From the NCBI GenBank assembly GCA_021735405.1, contig JAIPHC010000002.1:1-40260 (forward strand): a DNA stretch of 40,260 bases. Reading direction: 5' to 3'. The translations under genes and the position numbers were made by a program. Under the pieces are notes generated by a model that saw only the letters and a list, made by a program, of their open reading frames with translations, searched no databases and was not told where the DNA came from. Position 1 is the first letter of the stretch; each line of letters starts with the position of its first letter. Of this stretch, positions 33,920-40,260 are shown one piece after another. Source of the stretch: Candidatus Omnitrophota bacterium. Lineage in GTDB: Bacteria > Omnitrophota > Gorgyraeia > Duberdicusellales > 4484-171.

Positions 33920-34621
33920 ATGGAAATATTTAATTTTGGCCTTGACCTTGTGCCTAAAAAATATAATTATGAAAGCAATCAATATAAAAAATTGGTGGAT
34001 AAGTTTAGTCCAAAGAAAAAAAATCCTTATACGGTTGAGTTTGTTAATGAAGATTTAGAAAAATCTGACGCGATAGTTATTGCTAAAAACAAACTTCTTG
34101 ATTTTGTTTTAATTGATCTTGAAAAAATCGAGCAACGCCTGGCAAAAACAGAAGTAGAAGAAGAAAAAGAAATATTAAAACAAGTACAGAGCTATCTAGA
34201 AGAAGAAAAAGTCTTGGCAGATTGGGGCCTAGAGAAAGAAAAAATTAATTTTTTAAAAAATTTACAATTGGTTAGTTTAAAACCAATTGTAGTAAAAGAA
34301 GATTTTAAAGATCAAAATCAACGATTAAGAGATCTCATTGGGGAAGTAATGGAAGCAGCTAATAAAATTTTATTTTTTACTGCTTCTGAGAAAGAAGTCA
34401 AAGCTTGGGACTTAAGAAAAGGAAAAACAATTTTAGAAGCTGCTGGCAAAATACATAGTGATTTAATGAGAGGTTTTATTAGAGCAGAGGTGGTTAACTG
34501 CAGGCATCTAGACAACTTTTATAATATGGCCGAAGCTAAAAGTAAAGGGTTAGTTGAAACTGTGGGAAAAGATTATCAAGTTGCCGATGGAGACATAATT
34601 TATATAAAATTTAGTATTTAA
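33920..34621 (+). CDS. YchF-like protein lacking the P-loop G domain (helical insert plus C-terminal TGS-like/DUF933 domain only)
   Basis: The C-terminus FFTASEKEVKAWDLRKGKTILEAAGKIHSDLMRGFIRAEVV...GKDYQVADGDIIYIKF matches the YchF C-terminal domain. The N-terminus has no GxxxxGKS/T. The protein is 233 aa, versus ~360 aa as I recall for YchF. Confidence 0.7.
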   Translation: MEIFNFGLDLVPKKYNYESNQYKKLVDKFSPKKKNPYTVEFVNEDLEKSDAIVIAKNKLLDFVLIDLEKIEQRLAKTEVEEEKEILKQVQSYLEEEKVLADWGLEKEKINFLKNLQLVSLKPIVVKEDFKDQNQRLRDLIGEVMEAANKILFFTASEKEVKAWDLRKGKTILEAAGKIHSDLMRGFIRAEVVNCRHLDNFYNMAEAKSKGLVETVGKDYQVADGDIIYIKFSI

Positions 34622-34663
34622 TGTAAAGAATAAATTTTAATAGGAGGATTAGGCTGGTATTTT

Positions 34664-36178
34664 ATGATAAAAGTAAGAAAGGTTTTAATTAGTGTTTGGG
34701 AAAAAAGAGGGATTGCTGATTTTGCCAAAGAGCTGCAAAAGCTAAATATAAAAATAATTTCAACCGGAAAAACCGCACTTCTTTTACGCAGGCATAAGAT
34801 TAAGGTTAAGGAAGTTTCTTCGGTAACAGCGTTTCCGGAGATTTTATCGGGGAGAGTCAAGACTCTGCATCCTAAAATTTTCGGTGGAATTTTGGCAAAT
34901 AAAAAACATCCTTTGCATTTGGAAGAAATTTCTACTTTAGGAATCCAACCAATAGATATGGTAGTGGTAAATCTCTACCCTTTTACTAAAAAAATGAAAG
35001 AAAATCTAGCCTGGACTCAAATTTTAGAGTATATCGATATCGGGGGCCCTTCGATATTAAGGGCTGCAGCTAAAAATTTTAGAAATGTTGCTTCTGTGAG
35101 CTCCCCGGCACAATACAAGCTTATTATTTCGGAGTTAAAGAAAAATCGGGGCGCAATTTCCGAAGATGTTTTAAGAAAATTAGCAGAGGATTCTTTTTAT
35201 TTAACCAAAGAATACGATAATGCAATCTATAATTATTTTAAAGGCAGAGATACCATAAGCTGGAACATGACAGAAAAAGCTTTGTTGCGTTACGGAGAAA
35301 ATCCTCATCAAAAAGCTTCTCTTTATAAAAAGATAAGATCGAAAGATTTGAGGATAAAACAGTACCAAGGCAAAGAACTTTCTTATAATAACTTTTTGGA
35401 TATAGATACCGCGGTTGCGCAAGTAAAAGAATTCCGGCAACCGGCCGCAACAGTTATAAAACATGTATCTATCTGCGGAACGGCTACGGATAAAAAATTA
35501 GTCTCTGCTTATAAAAAAGCTTACAGGACAGATAGTTTATCGAGTTTTGGCGGAATAGTCGGCCTAAACCGAAAAGTCGATAAAGATACAGCGGCTCAGA
35601 TTATAAAGAGCGGTTTTAAGGAATGTATCATAGCGCCTTCGTATTCGAAAGAGTCTTTAAAAATTTTTTCAGCTAAAAAAAATATGAGAATTTTAGAAAC
35701 AAATTTAAGCCAGGATAGTGATTATCGGGAAATAAAAGGGACTTATTTCGGATATCTGGTACAAAAAAGAGATAGATTAACTTTAGATAAAAACGAACTT
35801 AAGGTTGTGACCAAAAAGAAACCAACCAAAAGGCAATTGGAGGATTTAATTTTTGCTTGGAAGGTTGTTAAGTATGTGAAGTCAAACGCAATCGTTATTG
35901 CAAAGAATAAGGCTGTTTTGGGTATTGGCGGCGGCCAGCCTTCCCGAGTCGGCGCGGTAAAAATTGCCCTCAAGAAAGCCAAAAAGTCAACGAAGCTATC
36001 GGTTCTTGCCTCAGATGCATTTTTTCCAAAACCAGATTCAATAAAAGAAGCTCATCGCTGCGGGGTTAAAGCTATAATCCAGCCAGGCGGCTCGATTAAG
36101 GATAGAGATATTATTGAAGCTTGTGACCGTTTTAAAATTGCCATGGTTTTTACGGGAATCCGCCACTTCCGCCATTGA
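34664..36178 (+). CDS. purH: bifunctional AICAR formyltransferase / IMP cyclohydrolase
   Basis: VLISVWEKRG (MGS-like), RVKTLHPKIFGGIL, DMVVVNLYPF, YGENPHQ, AIVIAKN and FFPKPDS are present. Confidence 0.92.
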   Translation: MIKVRKVLISVWEKRGIADFAKELQKLNIKIISTGKTALLLRRHKIKVKEVSSVTAFPEILSGRVKTLHPKIFGGILANKKHPLHLEEISTLGIQPIDMVVVNLYPFTKKMKENLAWTQILEYIDIGGPSILRAAAKNFRNVASVSSPAQYKLIISELKKNRGAISEDVLRKLAEDSFYLTKEYDNAIYNYFKGRDTISWNMTEKALLRYGENPHQKASLYKKIRSKDLRIKQYQGKELSYNNFLDIDTAVAQVKEFRQPAATVIKHVSICGTATDKKLVSAYKKAYRTDSLSSFGGIVGLNRKVDKDTAAQIIKSGFKECIIAPSYSKESLKIFSAKKNMRILETNLSQDSDYREIKGTYFGYLVQKRDRLTLDKNELKVVTKKKPTKRQLEDLIFAWKVVKYVKSNAIVIAKNKAVLGIGGGQPSRVGAVKIALKKAKKSTKLSVLASDAFFPKPDSIKEAHRCGVKAIIQPGGSIKDRDIIEACDRFKIAMVFTGIRHFRH

Positions 36179-36223
36179 ACCACAGATAAACACAGATAGA
36201 ATATAGATTAACACAGATTAAAT

Positions 36224-37540
36224 ATGGCTAAAGGCTATTCGCAAGCAGTTCAGTATCTTAATTCGTTTCTCAATTTAGAAAAAAAAGCGTCTTATTCCTA
36301 TAAAGAATCTTTGAAATTAAATAGGGTTTATGAATTAGCCGAATACCTAAAGATCTTTTATAAAGATTTAAAAGCTATTCATATTGCGGGGACAAAAGGT
36401 AAAGGTTCGACTGCTTATTTTACTGCCTACCTTTTAGCATCATTGGGTTACAAGGTAGGGTTGTTTACTTCACCTCATTTTTTTAGTTTCAGGGAAAGAA
36501 TAAAAATAGTAAAAGCTAAAGATGGCAAGGCCGAAGAAAAGTCAATCTCTAAAAAATCAGCAACTGAAATTATAGAAAAATTTAAAAATCAATTAGCGAT
36601 TTATAATAAAGAAAAACCTACATATTTTGAATTCATTACCTTTATTGGCCTAGAGTATTTTTTAAATAAGAAAGTAGACTATGCGGTGGTTGAAGTAGGT
36701 TTAGGCGGCCGGCTCGATTCGACTAATATAATTAACCCTTTAGCCTCGGTTATTACCCATATCGGCTATGACCATGTGGATTTGTTAGGCAGCGGCTTGG
36801 CCGCAATTGCGGCTGAAAAAGCCGGAATAATTAAAGAAAAAATACCGGTTATTTCTTCTTATCAAAGGCTTCTAGCGGCTAAAACTATTAAAAAAATAGC
36901 GAAAAAAAATAAATCCGGCCTTTTTATTTTGGGAAAGGATTTTCAGACAACAGATATCGAAATAAGTAAAAATTACACATCTTTTGATTTTGAATTTGGG
37001 AAAAATAAAATTAAAAAAATAAAGATTTATCCTAAAGGCAGTTATCAAGTGGAAAATGCCGGTTTAGCTTTAGCTTCTGTAGCTATCGTAAAAAAAGAAA
37101 ATAAAGCAGGAGATTTATTTAAGAAGGCTTTGAGCCAGTGCCGGTTAACAGGCAGGTTTGAGGTTATATCCAAAAATCCTTTGCTGGTTGTCGATGTCGC
37201 CCATAATCAATCTTCAGCCAGAGCGGTTTCTGATAATTTAAAAAAATATTATCCGAAGAAAAAAATAATTTTGGTATTTTCATGCTCGTCGGATAAAAAA
37301 CCAAACCAAATGCTTCCTTTGATAAATTACGATGTTCTTATTTTAACTCAGTTTAACCATCCGCGCAGTTTTGACGTTTTTCAATTAAAAAAAATACTTA
37401 AAAGAAAGGCCGCGGTGACGGAAAATCTAAAAGATGCTTTAAAAATCGCCAAAAATTTGTATACTAAACAGTCGCTGATTTTAATTTGCGGATCCTTTTT
37501 TTTAACCGCGGAAGCAAAAAAAGAATATGTCCGAACTTAA
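36224..37540 (+). CDS. folC: bifunctional folylpolyglutamate synthase / dihydrofolate synthase
   Basis: HIAGTKGKGST P-loop, VEVGLGGRLDSTN, DHVDLLG and AHN are present. Confidence 0.9.
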   Translation: MAKGYSQAVQYLNSFLNLEKKASYSYKESLKLNRVYELAEYLKIFYKDLKAIHIAGTKGKGSTAYFTAYLLASLGYKVGLFTSPHFFSFRERIKIVKAKDGKAEEKSISKKSATEIIEKFKNQLAIYNKEKPTYFEFITFIGLEYFLNKKVDYAVVEVGLGGRLDSTNIINPLASVITHIGYDHVDLLGSGLAAIAAEKAGIIKEKIPVISSYQRLLAAKTIKKIAKKNKSGLFILGKDFQTTDIEISKNYTSFDFEFGKNKIKKIKIYPKGSYQVENAGLALASVAIVKKENKAGDLFKKALSQCRLTGRFEVISKNPLLVVDVAHNQSSARAVSDNLKKYYPKKKIILVFSCSSDKKPNQMLPLINYDVLILTQFNHPRSFDVFQLKKILKRKAAVTENLKDALKIAKNLYTKQSLILICGSFFLTAEAKKEYVRT

Positions 37541-38969
37541 TTTAAAAGATTACAGAGTAGCTGATACTATAACCGCGATAGCAACTGCGCCTTCGAAAGC
37601 AGCTTTGGGGGTGGTTAAAATATCAGGGAAAAATTCTTTATCTATATTAGATAAAATATTTGCGCCTAAAAAGAAAAAAGATATCAGGAAAGAAAAAACC
37701 TTTACTCTTCATTACGGCTGGATTATAAATAGTCCAAAGTCCCTGCCTCGCCGGCAGGCGGGCAAAGTCAAAAGTCAAAAGTCTGAAAGAATAGTTGATG
37801 AGGTTTTGGTGAGTATTATGAGAGGGCCTCATTCTTATACAACCGAGGATGTGGTAGAGATATCTTCTCACGGAGGGGTTTTGGTTTTAAGCCAAATAAT
37901 TGAACTTATTTTAAAAAAGGGAGCCAGGCTTGCTAAGCCGGGTGAATTCAGCTACCGGGCTTTAATTAATGGCAGAATCGACCTTTTGCAGGCAGAGGCA
38001 ATTCTAAAATTAGTTGAGGCAAAAACACCCAAGGCGGTTTTTCTTTCTTCTCGTCAGCTAAAGGGTGAAAATTCAGACAGGCTAAAAGAAATAAAAAAGA
38101 ATTTGAAAGATATTTTTGTTCAAACTGAAACCGCTATTAATTTTCCCGAAGAAGATATCAATTTTGACAAAGTCAATTTTGAGAAAAGTTTGGAAAAAGC
38201 TTTAAAAAAAGTAAAAAGGCTGCAAAAGAGCCAGGGGCCGGCAGAAATAATTACTCAAGGGCTGCGTTGTGTTATTTGCGGCCGAAGCAATGCCGGCAAA
38301 TCCACTCTTTTTAACCGGCTTCTCCGCCAGGAAAGAGTAATTGTAAGTAAAGTTCCGGGGACAACCAGAGATGTAATCGAAGAAACTATCAATATCGAAG
38401 GTATTCCAGTAAGAATTTACGATACAGCCGGAATTTTAGAACCCGAAGATTTTATTGCCAGAAAAGCTCTTGAGAAAACAAATCAGGTGTTTAATCAGGC
38501 AGATTTGGTTATTTTGCTTTTTGACGGTTCAAAAAAGTTAAGTAAAGACGATAAATTTCTTCTTGATAAAACCAAAGATAAAAATACAATTTTAGTAGTC
38601 AATAAATCAGACATTCTTCAGAAGATAAATTTGAATCAGAAGGCTATAGGCCAACATAAGTTTATCAAAATGAGCGCGTTAAAAGATAATGATTTGAAAA
38701 GATTTGAAAAAATGGTGTATAAAGCTGTTTACAAGAAAGGGATAGATAAAAAAGATTTAATATTTTTAAATCAATACCAAAAAAAAGAATTGAATAACTT
38801 AGTTGAAAATCTATCTAAGGCAAAAGAATATCTAAAAAAAGATTATACTCTTGATTTTATTAATTTTTCGTTAAAAGACTCTCTGGAATCTATAGGAAAG
38901 ATTAGCGGAGAAGTTATTGGGGAAGAAATTTTAGAGAATATATTCAGTAATTTTTGTATCGGCAAATAG
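37527..38969 (+). CDS. mnmE: tRNA uridine-5-carboxymethylaminomethyl modification GTPase MnmE
   Basis: DTITAIATAP, PHSYTTEDVVEISSHGG, GRSNAGKSTLFNRL, DTAG, NKSD and the C-terminal FCIGK are present. It carries an extra segment (aa ~68-86) encoded by a GC-rich palindrome and 7-bp repeats. Confidence 0.9.
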   Translation: MSELNLKDYRVADTITAIATAPSKAALGVVKISGKNSLSILDKIFAPKKKKDIRKEKTFTLHYGWIINSPKSLPRRQAGKVKSQKSERIVDEVLVSIMRGPHSYTTEDVVEISSHGGVLVLSQIIELILKKGARLAKPGEFSYRALINGRIDLLQAEAILKLVEAKTPKAVFLSSRQLKGENSDRLKEIKKNLKDIFVQTETAINFPEEDINFDKVNFEKSLEKALKKVKRLQKSQGPAEIITQGLRCVICGRSNAGKSTLFNRLLRQERVIVSKVPGTTRDVIEETINIEGIPVRIYDTAGILEPEDFIARKALEKTNQVFNQADLVILLFDGSKKLSKDDKFLLDKTKDKNTILVVNKSDILQKINLNQKAIGQHKFIKMSALKDNDLKRFEKMVYKAVYKKGIDKKDLIFLNQYQKKELNNLVENLSKAKEYLKKDYTLDFINFSLKDSLESIGKISGEVIGEEILENIFSNFCIGK

Positions 38970-38987
38970 TAAACTAATATCAAGGAT

Positions 38988-39147
38988 GAAAGAGACAAGA
39001 TACAAGAAACAATAATCAAACAAGATACAATACCCAAATTTCAATAACCAAACAATATAAAAGACAAAAAAAATATTCTATTTGTTGATTGGACATTGAG
39101 TATTGGAATTTGTTTGTATCTTGTTTCTTGGTGATTGGTTATTTCGA
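38988..39147 (+). repeat. Intergenic hairpin repeat, copy B (same family as 7776..7909)
   Basis: It starts GAAAGAGACAAGATACAAG and ends TTGGTTATTTCGA. A 13-bp stem pairs 39018-39030 with 39114-39126. A 12-bp stem pairs 39035-39046 with 39101-39112 (one T-G wobble). Confidence 0.7.
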
Positions 39148-39175
39148 TTGCAAACATGTTATACCAGGAGGAATA

Positions 39176-39727
39176 ATGGATAAGAAAAAAATAGAAAAAG
39201 GAATAAAACTTGTAATGGAAGCTCTGGGGGCGGATTTGTTAAAAAAAGACTTGGCTGGCACACCGCAGAGAGTAGCTCAGATGTATGAAGAAATTTTGGC
39301 CGGGCAATTTAAGGATGCAAGTAAAGAACTTGAAGTTATTTTAGAACAAACTCATGATGAAATAATTTTAGTCAAAGATATACCGATTTATTCTATTTGT
39401 GAGCATCATCTTCTCCCTTTTGTCGGGAAAGCCCATGTTGCTTATATTCCCAATAAAAAAATAACCGGCTTAAGTAAAATAGCCCGGGTTGTAGATATTT
39501 TGGCAAAAAAATTGCAGGTTCAGGAAAGGCTTACTACTGAGGCAGCCGATATCATCATGAAAAAACTAAAGCCCAAAGGGGTGATGGTGGTAGTTGAAGC
39601 TGAGCATTTATGTATGACTATGCGGGGAGCAAAAAAACCGGGTACAAAAACTGTTACTTCAGTAGTCAGAGGGATATTTAGAAAAAATCAAAAGACCCGG
39701 CAGGAAACTCTGAGTCTAATCGCTTAA
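39176..39727 (+). CDS. folE: GTP cyclohydrolase I
   Basis: [27 protein letters not shown] and [11 protein letters not shown] are present. I prefer ATG 39176 (AGGAGG at 39166-39171). The track start 39089 lies inside the repeat. Confidence 0.9.
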   Translation: MDKKKIEKGIKLVMEALGADLLKKDLAGTPQRVAQMYEEILAGQFKDASKELEVILEQTHDEIILVKDIPIYSICEHHLLPFVGKAHVAYIPNKKITGLSKIARVVDILAKKLQVQERLTTEAADIIMKKLKPKGVMVVVEAEHLCMTMRGAKKPGTKTVTSVVRGIFRKNQKTRQETLSLIA

Positions 39728-39827
39728 AAAATGATATGGCAAAGGTTATAGATTTGCAATTTAATCAAAGTATAGAAGGATTTCTGGGTTATTAATGGGG
39801 AATTAATATTAAAAACAGGAGGTAAAC

Positions 39828-40260
39828 ATGCATGAGATGACGAAACAAAATTTGGAAAATGCTTTTGCCGGAGAATCAAAGGCTCATATGAAGTATCTTA
39901 TATTTTCTGAAAAAGCAGGGTCTCAAGGTTTTTCTAATATTGCAAGACTTTTTAAAGCGATAGCTTTTGCCGAAAAAGTGCATGCGACCAATCATCTTAG
40001 GGCCTTGGCGAAAGTTTCCGATACAAAAGAAAATTTAGAGGCTGCTATTGGGGGAGAAACCTTTGAAGCAGGCCAGATGTACCCCGCTTATTATAATCAA
40101 GCTAAAGAGCAAAACGAACCGGAAGCGGTAAAAGCTACTTATTATGCGCTTGAGGCGGAAAAAATACATGCGCAGATGTATAAGGAAGCAAAAGAAGAGG
40201 TTAGCCAAGAAAAGGATATAACCTTATCTGATCTTTATATTTGTGATGTTTGCGGGCATA
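39828..40260 (+). CDS. rbr: rubrerythrin, 3' end cut by the window edge
   Basis: It is not in the ORF track because no stop is reached. AGGAGG lies at 39818-39823. The di-iron ExxH helices (GESKAHMKY, AFAEKVHA, GETFEAGQMYP, EAEKIHAQMY) are followed by the start of the rubredoxin-like CDVCGH. Confidence 0.85.
   Translation, partial: MHEMTKQNLENAFAGESKAHMKYLIFSEKAGSQGFSNIARLFKAIAFAEKVHATNHLRALAKVSDTKENLEAAIGGETFEAGQMYPAYYNQAKEQNEPEAVKATYYALEAEKIHAQMYKEAKEEVSQEKDITLSDLYICDVCGH

Noticed and set aside
39089-39175. N-terminal extension of folE suggested by the ORF track (start 39089)
   Set aside because: The extension is translated from the right arm of the hairpin repeat. A strong AGGAGG precedes ATG 39176, and FolE homology begins there.

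Overview
AT-rich bacterial chromosomal segment, probably from an uncultivated anaerobe (rubrerythrin, ferredoxin-fused Etf, FeoAB, GTP-type PEPCK). I cannot place it taxonomically without a search. About 40 genes are densely packed. All are on the + strand except a radical-SAM gene, a GAF-GGDEF diguanylate cyclase and a Y1 (HUH) transposase. Left to right: (1) a translationally coupled NifX-like / DUF5320 / twin MinD-ferredoxin ATPase module extended by a methyltransferase, a flavoprotein, a DUF89 protein and an MBL hydrolase, with no nitrogenase; (2) a membrane protein plus small Cys-rich protein pair bracketed by two copies of the same hairpin; (3) nnrE, map, a methyltransferase; (4) a metal-homeostasis block (DtxR-family repressor with a palindromic operator, feoAB, ZIP transporter); (5) a trehalose module with unusual fusions (beta-PGM::T6P-phosphatase, GH65 phosphorylase::pseudo-receiver, CBS, unknown protein, TreT-like synthase); (6) pckG, purC, etfBA, smc; (7) an IS200/RAYT-like element with hairpin ends, plus a transposase-less miniature copy 17 kb away; (8) queA, an EF-G paralog with a P-loop-less YchF-like protein, and a folate-themed string purH-folC-mnmE-folE; (9) a partial rubrerythrin gene. 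I saw no rRNA, tRNA, CRISPR array, prophage or recognisable defence system. The structure not explained by genes is all small and non-coding. It comprises two families of intergenic hairpin repeats, a GC-rich mini-palindrome found once in a hairpin loop and once in-frame inside mnmE, and a 3 x 19-bp tandem repeat covering the ZIP transporter start. All product calls rest on motif recognition by eye, with no database search.
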